A DNA stretch of 64,000 nt from Mobula birostris (lineage: Eukaryota), in NCBI RefSeq assembly GCF_030028105.1, contig NC_092400.1, positions 29,966,206 through 30,030,205 on the forward strand. Reading direction: 5' to 3'. This document shows positions 39,745-53,109 of the stretch, piece after piece. The notes beneath the pieces are model-generated. The model was not told the origin of the DNA. It saw nothing but the letters and a program-made list of their open reading frames with translations, and made no database searches. Every line of letters starts with the position of its first letter. Within the stretch, counting starts at the first letter, position 1. Position numbers and translations under genes: made by a program.

Positions 39745-40550
39745 GTCAAGATGGTGCCAGTGAACAACATGACCAATGGCCACATCCTTCAGGCAGTACA
39801 CAAAACCACTTCTTTTTTAAAAAAAATATAATTCTACTACTAAGATACATGTGATTGGGGCCCGTGATTTACATCTTGATGGTGTGTTTTTGGGCTAGCA
39901 CTTTGCTGTCTCCGAGGGAGTTTAGAGAGGTTTGGAGTGGAGTGTACGGCCCGGAGGCCAAGAAGTCTGGAGACTATGATTGATTCCATTTCTCGCCGAT
40001 TAAAGCGTCGAGCAAGATTGAAATCAACTAGGATGAGAGCGGTAGGCAAGCAGATGTTCAGCACCATCGATCTGCCTTTGACCAGTCTCCCTTTCTCGCT
40101 TGCTCACTGCTGCTGGAGAAAGGTGTTGGAATCTTGGATCTTGCTCATGGTTTGATCAGTGCTGGTTGTGGACTGTATTTAGAGGACTCTGCAGTTCATG
40201 GAATATGTCTTTCTGGTTTCTGGTTACTTTTTTTTACTGCCACTTTGTGCAATTTTGAATGGGACAAACCGGCTCTGTGGCTGGCAGTCAGCAAATTATA
40301 CAAGGATAAATTAAACAGAACTGAGCTAAACCGAACATTCCTAGACTGTTTCAAGACTCTACAGTTTGATGTTTAATACTCTGTGTGCTATTTACTCATT
40401 TTTTTTGTCGTTTGCGTGATTTGCTCTATTTTTTGCATGTGGGTGTTTGATGATTTCTTTGAACGGGTTCCATGATGTTTCTGTTTTGTGGCTGTCTGTG
40501 GGAAGACAGATCTCAGGGTTGTACAGTGCATACATATAATAAACGTACTT
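39745..40550 (+). mobile_element. Non-autonomous LINE-related repeat
   Basis: caagatgg 5' motif and tail ...tctcagggttgta...ataataaacgtacttt; related fragment at ~53120-53590. Confidence 0.5.
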
Positions 40551-41654
40551 TATGTTGTAGCATGAACAAAGTCACCTGAGGCAAACTGAACCTAGTGGGC
40601 ATAGAAGTGTTTATTCATCAAAATGAACAGCTATTCGAGACACTCTTGGAAGTAGAGGCCTGCTTGACCCAATATTACACGACAATTTTATATGCAAAAG
40701 ATCAAATTAACAGCACAACAAGTCTATAGTTACAATGTATCTACAATGCTTCCTTTGAATTACAGGTAGTTTTCACACACCCTTCTTTGCACCCACACCC
40801 AAAATGAATATTAATCCCCACTGACTCTGGGCTACATTCATGCAAACGCAGGTAACTGATGTCTAAGTGGAGTGCTTTTTTGTTTGCAAATGATCCCTAA
40901 CCTGCAGCTCCAGGAAACCCACTGTTCTGAACTGCATTTTAAATTCAATCTGCAATCCTCATTCAAATCTGAAGAATGGCTGCTGTTGAAATTAATATTT
41001 GTTATATACCCTAACTCCAGAATACACCTTAACTTTCCTGTATCCAACACCGTGGCCTTCTATGATACTGTCATACATTACAGAAACAGGCTATTCAGCC
41101 CAATTCATCCATGCCAAACAAGATGCCTAACTATGTTAATCCCATTTTTCTGAATTTTCCCCATCTCTCTCTATTTCTATCTAAATATTGTACCTCCCTC
41201 TATCAGCCCCTCTGGCATCTTGTTCCATATACGTACCTCGTTCTGTGTGAAAAACTTGCCTCTCTGAAATAGTTTAAGCATTGCTCCTCTTACCTTAAAC
41301 CTGTCCTCTAGTTTTACATTTCTCTACCCTTGAAAAAAGTGTGAATATCTCTCCTTTCAATGTGTCTTGTACTTTTATAAGCCCTGTAGGGTCACCCATC
41401 AGCGAGGAGAGCAATCCCACAGTGTGTGCTGACAGACGATTGAACCCAGGTGTGGAGCAACAACAAGCTCCCCTGTTGAGACAGAAAGACTGAGTTTATT
41501 CATCAGAACGCCAACTGAATATCAGTGGCTTGACCGAGCTACACCACAAGACGAATCAAACTCGAAACCTGAGATGAGTGCTAATTGGGAGTCCACTTTA
41601 AAAAAAATCACAGTAGGCTGAAAACCCATGTCAGTCAAAATATACTTGGCAAGA

Positions 41655-41750
41655 TTAAACAGAAAGCACAGGATTTAACAACACTAGATAAGACAACAAA
41701 TTATTTTGTTGTCTTATCTAGTGTTGTTAAATCCTGTGCTTTCTGTTTAA
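41655..41750. repeat. Perfect 46-bp inverted repeat with 4-nt loop
   Basis: 41655-41700 is the exact reverse complement of 41705-41750; loop TTAT. Confidence 0.95.
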
Positions 41751-42629
41751 CGAATACAGGTGCAAGTCGACAGGGCTCATGACACCCAGTCTATCCAATT
41801 TTTCATTGTAACCAATGCCCTCCATTCTAGCCAAATCCTGGTTGAATCTCTACTGCATTATTTCTAGTACTACCAGATCCTTTCCACAGAGTGGTGACCA
41901 GGACAGCACACAATATTCCAAGTGTGGCTTGCAAAGCTGCAATAAAGTGCCCCAACATTTTGTACTCAAATCGCAAGAAAACGAAATGCCTCCTTCACAA
42001 CCCAATCCACCTGTTTTTCCATTTTCATGGAGCAGTGAATTTGCATCCTAAATTTCTCCTGCACATCAATGATCCTAAGGTCACTGTCACTTCCTGTGTA
42101 TCTCAAGCTAGTGTTTGACAACTTTATGCAAACACAGTTCACAAATAGTAGCTTAAACAAGCACCATTGATAATGAAAAAAATTATTTGTACCTTGGCAT
42201 TTCTCTATAACTTTCAATGGCTTTTAAAAAGCAGCAGTACATACAAGGAATATTTTTAATTTTCAACAAATCAGAGACAACAGGTACAATTCTTATAAGG
42301 TGCTGGCAATGAGGATATATTTTTGGTGGCAGGGCAAGTTGAGAAAACATTCAATAAATATAAAGGATCCTGGGCTTCAAACATAAAAGTATTCTCCTAG
42401 AACACTGGTTAAGTAGAGTACTGCATACAATTTCTGCCACCATACATTCAGAGGATTTTGAAATGCTTGGAAAGGTGTGAAACAAAATTTACTGGAAAGG
42501 TTCTTGGGATTTCATATAAAATAGGAAAGAAAATCTGGGCTATTGAGAGTAGAATTGATACACGTTTAACATCTTGATAGTCTTTCATAGATTAAGTAGA
42601 GAGAAACTGTGCCTATTAATAGTGGGATA

Positions 42630-43800
42630 TGACTAGAAGACATAGGAGCAGAATTAGGTCATTTGGCTCATTAAGTCTGCTCTGCCATTCCATCATGGCT
42701 GATTTATTTTCCCTCTCAACCCTATTCTCCTGCCTTCTCCCAGTAACTTTTGACACCCTTACAAATCAAGAACCTGTCAACCTCTGCTTTAAATGCACTC
42801 AATCACTAAGCCCCAGAGCTGCTGTGACAATGAATTCCACAGATTCACCATCCTCTGGATAAAAAAAAAATCCTCATCTTGTTCTAAAGAGAGATCTTTC
42901 AATTCTGAGACTGTGCCCTCTGGTCATAGAACTCCCCCACTATTGCAAACATCCTCTCCATATTCATTCTATCTGGGCTTTCCAATATTCAACGAGTTTC
43001 ACTGAGATCCTCTCTCATTCTTCTCAACTCCAGTGGGTACAGGCCCAGAGCCATCAAAAACTCCTCATACAAGGAATATTTTAACCCTTCATTCCTAGCA
43101 CCATTCGTGAGAACCTTTTCCAGATCTTCTTCAATGTCAGCACATCTTTTCTTAGATAAGGGGCCCAAAACTGCTCCCAACACTTTAAAGTGTGGTCTGA
43201 ACAATGCCTTACCATTACATTCTTGTTTTTAGCTCAGCATTACAATCCTGCAGAAGTCCTAAGTCCCTTTGCACCTCATGTTCCGAATTGATTCCCCATG
43301 TAGAAAATAGTCTACACTCTTTTTGTTTCTACCAAAGTGCATGACCATACACTTCCCTACACGGTGTTCCATCTGCCACTTCTTTTCCCATTCTCTCAAT
43401 CTGTCCAAGTCTTTCTATACACTCCCTGCTTCCTCGCAGTAGATGTCTACAAACTTGACCATAACATGACCAATTCTGTCATCTAGATCATTGACATATA
43501 ATGTGAACAGAAGCGTTTGCAACACTAACCCCCTGTGAAACACCACTAATCATTGCAATCCAACCAGAAAAGGCTGCCTTTATCCCATTTTTTTGCCTCC
43601 TGACAGTCAGTCAGTTTATGCTAGTATCTCTTATCTTGTTTGGCCAGCCTCACGTGCAGCACCCTGTCAAAGGTCTTCGGAAAATCCAAATAAACAACAT
43701 TCACTGACTTTCCTTTGTCTATGCTGCCTATTATTTCCTTAAAGAATTCCAACAGTTTTGTCAGGCAAGATTTCCCCTTGAGGAAACTGTCATTTCCGAT
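42630..43800 (-). mobile_element. CR1-clade LINE fragment including part of RT
   Basis: FLKGKSCLTKLLEFF...VVYLDFPKTFDRV and ALGLYPLELRRMREDL motifs. Confidence 0.85.
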
Positions 43801-44014
43801 TAGCCAGACTCTGAAAGCTTGCACTCATTCCTCAATCATACTTTATTTTACTTGTGCACAAGGAGAACAGAGAAATGTCCCATTTTTTTCCAGAACTGAT
43901 CAGCAGTTAACCATTTGGTAAACCGTGTACGTTTGAACTCCTTATTTGTAAGATTAATCACCATTCACCACGGAGGTGTTAAAAGTCAATAGAAACTACA
44001 AGCTAACAACTGAT

Positions 44015-44570
44015 CAACACACACACAATGCTGGGGGAACTCAGCAGGCCAGGCAGCATCTATGGGAAAGAGTATTGTCAACATTTTGGGCCAAAACCCT
44101 TCTGCAGGGTAGATTGAAAAGTTGGGGGGAGGGGAGAGAGAAACACAAGGCGATAGGTGAAACCTGAAAGGGGAGAGATTAAGGAAAGAGCTTGGAAGTT
44201 GATGGGTGAAAGAGACAGAAGGCCATGGAATTAAGAAAATGGAGACGGTGCACCACAGGGAGTCGATGGGCAGGCAAGGAGATAAGGTGAGAGAGGGAAA
44301 AGGGGATGGGAAATGGTGAAGGAGAGGTGGGGGGCATTTCTTCCATGGCCTTCTGTCTCTTTCACCTATCAACTTCCAAGCTCTTTATTTCACCCTCACC
44401 TTTTTAATCTACTTCTCAGCTTTTTTTCTCCAGTCCTGGTGAAGGGTTTCAGCCTGAAATGCCGACAATACTCTTTTCCATAGACGCTGCCTGGCCTGCT
44501 GAGTTCCTCCAGCATTTTGTGTGTGTTGCTTCAATTTCCAGCACCTGCAGATTTTCTCTTGTTTGTGATT
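44015..44570. mobile_element. Inverted pair of Penelope-derived short repeats
   Basis: 44015-44100 vs 44450-44525 and 44184-44228 vs 44340-44385 are reverse complements. Confidence 0.7.
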
Positions 44571-45099
44571 AGCTAGCAACTGATGATACTTCAAAGTTAG
44601 TAAAACAGTTGTCTCTGAGTTGTTGTGTGAGTTTCACAAACTTCCGTTACATTCGTATAAGACCATAAGATATAGGAGCAGCCTTTTAGCCCAAGTCTGC
44701 TCCAGCATTTCATCATGGGTGATCCAATTTTCCTCTCAGCCTCAATCTCCTACCTTCTCCCAATATCCCTTCATGCCCTAATCTCGTCTTGTCTACAGTA
44801 GGTCGAAATGGCTTGGGGAATCTGTTGTGCAAAGACCTCCTTGCCTGGACATTGTGTGAACCCTGCTTTGCCACGACTTCCACAAAACCATGCTGACTTC
44901 AGCCTTTTTATGTCATGTGCCTATAAGTACCCTAAAGCCTCATCCTTAATAATGGACTATAACAACTTGCTAACCACTTAGTCAGGCTACCTGGTCTATA
45001 AATGCCTGTCTTTTGCCTCCTTCCCTTCTTAAAACTGTGGAGTCAATGACTATTGGAGCGACTTGGATCTGCTCCAACTTGCACACTGGCGCTAAAGGT

Positions 45100-46345
45100 C
45101 CACAGTACATGACATCTCATTGGCTCTTCACTCAACCTTGGAACATCTTGACAGCAAGGATACATACATCAGGATGCTCTTTATCAACTACAGTTCGGCA
45201 TTCAATACCATCATCTCCTCAAAAATAATAAGCTTCAAGGCCTTGACTTCAATACCTTCTTGTGCAATTGGATCTTCAATTTCCTCACTTGCAGACCCTA
45301 GTCAGTTCTGATTAGGAAAAAACATCTCCTCCACAATCTCCACCAGCACAGGTGCACTACAAGGCGGTGTGCTTAGCCCCCTGCTGTACTGTGCTACTGG
45401 CTAAGCAGAGCTCCAATGCCACATGCAAGTTTGCTGATGACACCACTGCCATAATCCAAATCAAAAGTAGTGACATATCAGCTTACATGAGCGAGATTGA
45501 AAATCTGGCTGAGTAGTGCCAGAACGACAACTCTCACTCAGGAGGAGGAAATTGGAGGTCCACGAGCCAGTCCTCATCAGGAGATCAGAGGTGGAGAGGA
45601 GAGAGTCAGCAATTTTAAATTCCTCAGTGTTATAATTTCAGAGGAACTGTCTTGGGCCCAGCATGTAAGTGCTATTATGAAGAAAGCACGGTAGTGCCTC
45701 TACTTCCTTAGGTACTTGTGAAAATTCAGCATGACATCTGAAATTTTAACAAACTTCTATAGATGTGTGGTGGAGAGTATGTTGACTGGCTGATTCACAG
45801 CCTGGTATGGAAACACCAATCCCCTTGAATGGAAAATCCTACAAAAAGTAGTGGATATGGCCCAGTCCATCACGGGTAAAGCCCTCTCAACCACTGAGCA
45901 CATTTACATGGAGTGTTATCGCAAGAAAGCAGCATCCATCACCAAGGACTCTCATCACCTAGGTCATACTGTCTTCTTGCTGCTGCCATCATGAAGGTGG
46001 CACAGGGGCCTTAGGACTTGCACCACCAGGTTCAAGAACAGTTTTTATCCCTCAACCATCAGATTCTTGAACCAAAGGAAATAATTATACTCAACTTCAC
46101 TTGCTCCATCGCTGAAATGTTGCCATAATCTATGCTCATTTTCAAGAACTCATCTCATGTTCTTGATATTTATTGCTTATTATGATGATTTTGCAGTTTG
46201 TTGTCTTGTACACTGGTTGATTGCCCAAGATGGTGCAGTTTTTCATTTATGATTCTGTTATGATAATTATTCTATTATGGATTTATTATGCCCACAAATA
46301 AGTGAATCTCAGGGTTGTACTTAGATAATAAATTGAGAATTTGAA
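45100..46345 (+). mobile_element. Rex/Babar-like LINE fragment (RT and 3' end)
   Basis: [30 protein letters not shown]; KFADD-like aagtttgctgatgac; NFYRCVVES. Confidence 0.85.
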
Positions 46346-46651
46346 TTGATTAGGAAAAGGTCAAAGGTTGATTTGTCACTTGACCATATTCAGGAATGGT
46401 AACTAATGCACCTCATCTTCTGAAAGAGATGGCACCAAGGGCAACATCCACAAAACTGCTTCTTTCACATGTAATTATGGTATTCTTGGAGCCTGGGATC
46501 TACAGTGTAATGGTGTGTTTTTGGGCCAACTGAGCAAACTGATGCTTTGGTGTCTCCAAGAGGGTTCTTGGGAGGAGCGAGGCTTCCTTGAGGTCAAGAA
46601 GCTTGGGACAGGGTGTAAGCTCATGGTTGACTCCATTTCTTGCCAATTAAA

Positions 46652-47485
46652 TGTCATGTGTGACGCCAAGCAGGGTTGGAACGGATGATGCTAATGAGAG
46701 AGATAACGGAAGACAATGGAGAAACATTCAAAATGCTAATGAGAGAGAAGGGAGAGATTAATGAGAAAGAAACACAATTCAGATATTGACAGACCGGTTG
46801 CTTTTAACCTGAACTGTTTGAAGTTTGATGGACAGGTGATACCCCAGCGGGGGGATAAAAAGAGCAGGTTTGATAAGGCACGAGACACACCACGAGACTC
46901 TGGAAAGAGCAGTGTGCCCCCACAAGTTGGTGGAATTGTGGAGGACCGGTTCGCGGGAACTGATCAGAGGCTCACAGGGTGTAAAGGTACGATCGGTGGA
47001 AACCTGGGGTGTGTGTCCGCCCTTGCCTGGGTGCTGGGTTCACCGCGGAAGAACGATCATATCCAGAACGGAGGGGTCACAGTCGGTGACCACAGTGGGA
47101 TTAGAAGACATCAAAAGGTCTGCCCGAAACCAACTGTGAAGACATCAAAAGGTCTGCCTGAAACCAATTGCATCTCCCACTCTCTCTCTCCAACGGTACA
47201 ACAACAGCGATTACTTCGAACTGCACTAAACTGAACTGAACTCTGCTTCACTTAAGACTGATCATTTTACCCCTAGATTGCGATAGAGCTTGGCTGATTC
47301 CTGTTACCCTAGTTCTGTGTATATGTGTGTATTATCATTGCTAACCTGTTACATTTATATCTTTACGATTAGAGTACTGTATTACTTATTTCTTTAATAA
47401 AACTTTATTAGTTCCTAGTAAGCACAGACTCCAATGAGCGTTCCATTTCTGCTGGTTTGACAACCCAGTTACGGGCTACGTAACA
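46652..47485 (+). repeat. 5' LTR
   Basis: TGTCATG...GTAACA; internal ~33-bp tandem duplication gacatcaaaaggtctgcc; AATAAA near 47396. Confidence 0.93.
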
Positions 47486-47586
47486 TAAGTGAGGATCTCT
47501 TCCGGGATTTTGAATGCCAAAATTTGGGACTGGGTAAATTGATTGGGTTAAAATTCCCGAAAGAAAGAGAAGGGCAAACAGCAGAA

Positions 47587-50500
47587 ATGAGGATTGAGGA
47601 ATTTCTAAAGGCGCCGACCTTGGAGGCATTAGAGGATGCCAGGAAATTAGAATTGGCGACTGTTGCAAAACGGTTGAATCTTTTTAAGGGGAAATTGACA
47701 ATGAGGAGAGTGGAGATGCACAGAGCTATCGTTGAGTATTATGTATCTAAAGGTGTGTTTCCCCACGGGGAGCTGAAGGTGATGTCTATGAGCAAACCTG
47801 GTGGAGAAGCAGTGCAGCTGCAGATGGAAAAATTGAGACTCGAGCACGAGTTCCGAGTCAAGCAGCTAGAATGAGAGGAAAGAGAGAAGCAATTAGAACG
47901 AGAAGAGAAGCAGTTAGAACGGGAGGAGAGAGTAAGGCAGTTAGAACAAGAGAGAGAGAAGGAAAGAGAGCTTGAGCTGGAGAAGTTAAGGATGGCGCTA
48001 GAGAGGGGCCAAATGCCGAACCAAGGTGGAAGGTTCAGGGCGGCCCAGGAGGTTAGGTTGGTTCCCCCATTTGAGGAGGCTGATGTTGATCGGTATTTTC
48101 TACATTTTGAAAAAGTCGCTGCAAGTCAGGACTGGCCGAGGGACAAGTGGGCTGTTTTGCTTCAGAGTGTACTTGAGGGGAAGGCTCAGTAAGCCTACTC
48201 CGCATTGTCAGCAGAAGAGGCCTAGAGATATGATGTGGTGAAAGAGGCTATACTCAGGATTTATGAGTTGGTCCCGGAGGCATACCGGCAAAGGTTCCGG
48301 AATGTGAGGAAGCAGTGGGGCTGCACGTATTTAGAGTTTGTCCGTGAGATGCAGATGTATTGTGAGTGTTGGTGCGCTTCGAAAGGGGTCACTGGCAATT
48401 ATGACAGATTGCTTCAGCTAATACTGATTGAGCAATTTAAAGGTTGTGTCCCTGAAGGTATGAGGCCCTATCTAGATGAGAAAGAGGCAGAAACCTTAGC
48501 CGCAACTGCTAAGTTAGCAGATGAGTACGCGTTAACACACAAAGCAAAGTTTACCCTGAGTAAGAGCTACCAGAAGGGTAATCGAAAGGGCAGAGAAAGT
48601 CCACCGGAAAAGCCAGAAAGTAAACTGGGGACTAGTGAGAAGGATAAGGAAGACAGGAAGCAGTTTGGTAGGAAGCCTCCTGGGGTCATATGCTATAATT
48701 GTGGGAAAGCCGGTCACTTTGCATCCAGGTGCTTTGCCCCAAAGAAGGAGACGGGGAAAGGAAAAACGACGACTCCGACTGGCTATATTGAGCCGGCAAA
48801 CAAACCGCTAGGGGAGAAGAGGTCTGATAGAGTTCAGGAAGGGTGCGAGAAGTTTATTTTGGCCAGGTTGGTGTCGGTGAAGGAGGGGTCAAACCCAGTT
48901 CCAGTACAGATCTGGAGAGACACTGGGGCTTGTTAGTCATTGATCTTAAGGAGGGTGTTAGACTTTGGTTCAGAGACCGAGATTGGGGAGGTCAGTGTGA
49001 TAAAAGGCATTGGGAAAGGGATGAAGCAGTACCTTTGCACCAGGTACACCTAAAAAGTGACTTGGTCTCCAGACTGGTCATGATAGGGATGAGGCCCGAA
49101 TTACGGATGGAAGACGTGGAGGTCTTACTCGGTAACGACCTTGCAGGTGGAGATGTGTACCCAGCAGTAAAGCTGACAAGCAAGCCTGCCAGGACTGAGG
49201 ACCCGCCCATGGACTCACAGGTTTATCCCGTTTGCGCAGTAACTCGGCGCATGTCGAGAAAGACTGCCGAAGCGAATGTAGATTTAGCTGAGACGTTTTT
49301 ACCAGCCTTATACCGGGAGGGGTTAGAAAGTGAGAAGAAGGAGCATAGTGGAGTGGAAGGAAGTGAGGGAGTTGAGGTAGATTTATCATTAGCGAGGAAG
49401 GAATTTATACAGGCACAGGAACGAGACGAGGAGCTGATGGTTTTGACGGAGACAGCTCTCCCCGAAGCAGAAATAAAAAGGGAACCAGTGGGCTATTATG
49501 TGAAGGAGGGAGTACTAATGAGGCAGTGGAGACCCCGTACCGTGCCCGCAGATGAGGAGTGGGGGGTGGTACACCAGGTGGTAGTGCCGAAAATTTATAG
49601 GGACAAGATTTTTAACCCGGCCCACAAGATACCCCTCGGTGGACATTTTTGGGTGAGGAAAACAGTCGGTAGAATTATGAATGAGTTTTACTTGCCAAAC
49701 ATGAGGAAGGATATTATTGAATATTGTAGACGTTGTCTGACGTCAGGTGGTAGAAAAGCCAAACCAGGTCCTGCCTAAAGTGCCCCTTCGACCGATACCC
49801 GCTTTCGGGGAACCTTTTTCACGAATAACTGTGGATTTTGTCGGTCCCCTGCCCAGAACTGCGAGTGGGCGAGAGTATGTGATGACTATGATGTGCGCTG
49901 CCACCAGGTTTCCGGAGGTGGTGCCCCTGGCAAGCATCAAGGCTCCCGCAGTGGTAAAGGCGCTTGTGAAATTTTTCACTATGGTGGGGCTGCCCAGGGA
50001 AATCCAGTCAGATCAGGGGAGTGTCTTCACATCTCACATATTCCGACGGATGTTGGATGAGATGGGAGCAAAGCAGATTTTGGCCTCCGCATACCACCCA
50101 GAGTCCCAAGGGGCGTTGGAAAGATTCCACGCAACATTAAAGACCATGATTAAAATTTATTGTCAAGAGAACGCTAGGGACTGGGATGATGCCTTGCCTC
50201 TTCTGGTATTTGCCGTAAGGGAAATGGTTCAGGTCATTGGGGTTCAGCCCATTTGAGCTCGTCTTTGGTCATCAGCGCAGAGGACCCCTGACCTTACTGA
50301 AAGAGCAATGGTCCAGTCCAGCAGTACAAGTCAATGTGATTGACTATGTTTTAAAATTTTGTGAGAGGCTTAAAAGGATCTGTGACCTTGCCAAAGAAAA
50401 TCTACAACATTCCCAAACTAAAATGAAACAGTGGTATGACAGATGTGCCCGCAAACAAGTGTTTCAAGTAGGCGATAGGGTCTTAGTTCTGTTTCCAGTG

Positions 50501-52155
50501 GTAACCAACCCCCTCCAGGTGAGATTCCACGGTCTGTGCAAAGTGATTAAAAAGATAGACTCTTTGAATTATGTCATCGAAACACTGGACAGACGTAAGC
50601 CAGCCCAATTAGTACACACTAATATGTTAAAAGCTTACCACGATCAGAAAGCAGATCTAGTTAGTGTTATCACGAAAATGAATGAGGCTGGGGTGCCAAG
50701 TGATAAGGGGAAAACCCATCTTGAAAAGATAAATATGGTGCCGACCAGATTGGAGAACTCTATTGTTTTGGCCAACTTTGCTGATAGGGTGTCTCACTTA
50801 AACCCCGAACGGAGCAAGCTGCTGATAAAGCCAATTAACCCGCATGCAGATGTATGTCCCGAGGCGATGCAAGGGTATGGTACATGATGTTGTTGTCACA
50901 TCAGACCAGCCTATTAAGCAACACCCCTATAAGATGAACTTGGAGAAGGGCAAGCTAGTGGAGAAAGAAATTGAACACATGCTAGCCACATATATTATTA
51001 GGCCATCCAAATTGGAATGGGCGTCTCCGTGTGGTTGTCCCGAAAGTCAGTGGGAGCATACGATTCTGTACAGATTACAGAAAAGTGAACTCCATCACAA
51101 AAACTGATGCTTATCCCATCCCAAGGGTAGACGATTGCATCGATAAAGTGGGGAGAGCTAAGTACATCACAAAGATCGATTTGCTAAAAGGGTACTGGTG
51201 CGTTCCTTTAACCGACCGGGCTAGAGAAATCTCAGCATTTGTGACTCCATCCGGGTTATATGAGTATAATGTTTTACCTTTTGGCATGAAAAACGCCCAG
51301 GGACCTTCCAAAGGATGATTAATTCAGTGATAAAAAGGTTAAAGAATGCAGGAGCATATATTGACGATTTAGTGGTCTGGAGTGACACGCGGGAGGAGCA
51401 CATTGTGGTAGTAGAGAAACTGTTTAAACGGCTGTCTGAAGCCAACCTGATAGTGAACCTCGCAAAAAGTGAGTTCGGCCACGCTAAGGTCACTTATCTG
51501 GGGTATGTGGTAGGATAGGGGCAGCTGGTACCGATGCAGGCTAAGGTGCAAGCTATCTCTGGAGTTCCCATCCCGACAGACAAGAGAGCCCTGAGAAGGT
51601 TCTTGGGGATGGTGGGGTACTATCGGAAGTTCTGCAAAAACTTTGCGGATATTACCCTCCCTCTTACTAAGCTCTTGCCGAAGAATGGGAAGTTTGTGTG
51701 GAACGTCTTTGTCAACAAGCCTTCGAGAGTCTGAAGGCGATTCTGTGTCACCACCCTGTATTGAATGCGCCTGACTTTTCAAAACCCTTCTCCCTAGCAG
51801 CAGATGCTAGCGACGAAGCGGTAGGTGAGGTACTGTTGCAGACAAAGAGGAGATTGAACACCCAGTGGCTTATTTTTCTAAGAAGTTTAATGTCCATCAG
51901 AGAAATTATTCCACTGTGGAGAAGGAATTACTGGCAATCATACTAGCATTACAACATTTTGAGGTTTATATTTGTCCGGCACGGAAACCACTGATAATTT
52001 ACACTGATCACAATCCATTAGTGTTTTTGGCCACAATGAAGGATAAAAACAAATGCTTACTAAGTTGGAGCCTGGTCTTACAGGAATTTGATATTAAGAT
52101 AAAACATATAAAAGGAACGGACAATGTGATTGCTGATTGTCTGTCAAGGTGTTAA
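47587..52155 (+). pseudogene. gag-pol of the Gmr1-type element, with multiple stops and frameshifts
   Basis: SCAN-like capsid (YELVPEAYRQRFR...LILIEQF), CCHC knuckle CYNCGKAGHFASRC, protease RDTGA, integrase VDFVGPLP/SDQGS/ERFH, RT YPIPRVDD/KIDLLKGYW/YIDD, RNase H DASD/EKELLAI/TDHNPL/ADCLSR. Confidence 0.93.
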
Positions 52156-52276
52156 AACTTAAAGTTCTCTGTATTAACCGAATAGCTGATGACTACCTGT
52201 ATATTAGTGTGTATCTTATAATGTGCATTCATGCCCATAATTTTTATCCCGGTAAAAATCCTTTTAAGGGTGGGGG

Positions 52277-53109
52277 TGTCATGTGTGACGCCAAGCAGAG
52301 TTACCGGACGGATGATGCTAATGAGAGAGATAACGGAAGACAATGGAGAAATATTCAAAATGCTAATGAGAGAATGGAGAGATTAACGAGGGAGAAACAC
52401 AATTCAGATATTGACAGACCAGTTGCTTTCAACCTGAACTGTTTGAAGTTTGATGGACAGGTGATACCCCAGCGGGGGGATAAAAAGAGCAGGTTTGCTA
52501 AGGCACGAGACATGCCACAAGACCCAGGAGAGAGCAGTGTGCCCCCACAAGTTGGTGGGAGTGTGGAGGACTAGTTTGCAGGAACTGATCAGAGGCTCAC
52601 AGGGTGTAAAGGTACGATCGGTGGGAACCTGGGGTGTGTGTCCGCCCTTGTCTGGGTGCCGGGTTCACCGCGGAAGAACGATCGTATCCGGAACGGAGGG
52701 GTCACAGTCGGTGACCACAGTGGGATTAGAAGACATCAAAAGGTCTGCCCGAAACCAACTGCAAAGACATCAAAAGGTCTGCCTGAAACCAACTGCATCT
52801 CCCTCTCTCTCTCTCTCCAATGGTACAACAGTGATTATTTCAAACTGCACTAAACTGAACTGAACTCTGCTTCACTTAAGACTGATCATTTTACCCCCAG
52901 ACTGCGATAGAGCTTGGTTGATTCCTATTACCTTAGTTCTGCGTATATGTGTGTATTATCATTGCTAACCTGTTACATTTATATCCTTACAATTAGAGTA
53001 CTGTATTACTTATTTCTTTAATAAAACTTTATTAGTTCCTAGTAATCGCAGACTCCAATGAGCGTTCCATTTCTGCTGGTTTGGCAACCCAGTTACGGGG
53101 TATATAACA
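52277..53109 (+). repeat. 3' LTR
   Basis: Colinear with 46652-47485, with several differences per 100 bp. Confidence 0.93.

Larger units (their letters stand above)
46652..53109 (+). mobile_element. Full-length Gmr1-type Ty3/gypsy LTR retrotransposon (decayed)
   Basis: Two ~834-bp LTRs TG...CA; 4-bp TSD TAAA (46648-51, 53110-13); degenerate tRNA-Pro PBS after 47485; PPT aagggtggggg 52266-52276; domain order gag-PR-INT-RT-RH. Confidence 0.95.

Noticed and set aside
40556-40836. Possible short solo LTR (TGTAGC...GCTACA)
   Set aside because: Only 6-bp inverted termini, no TSD and no second copy in the window
46761-47234. 157-aa ORF within the 5' LTR
   Set aside because: No recognisable motif; the equivalent frame in the 3' LTR stops at ~52572; likely chance
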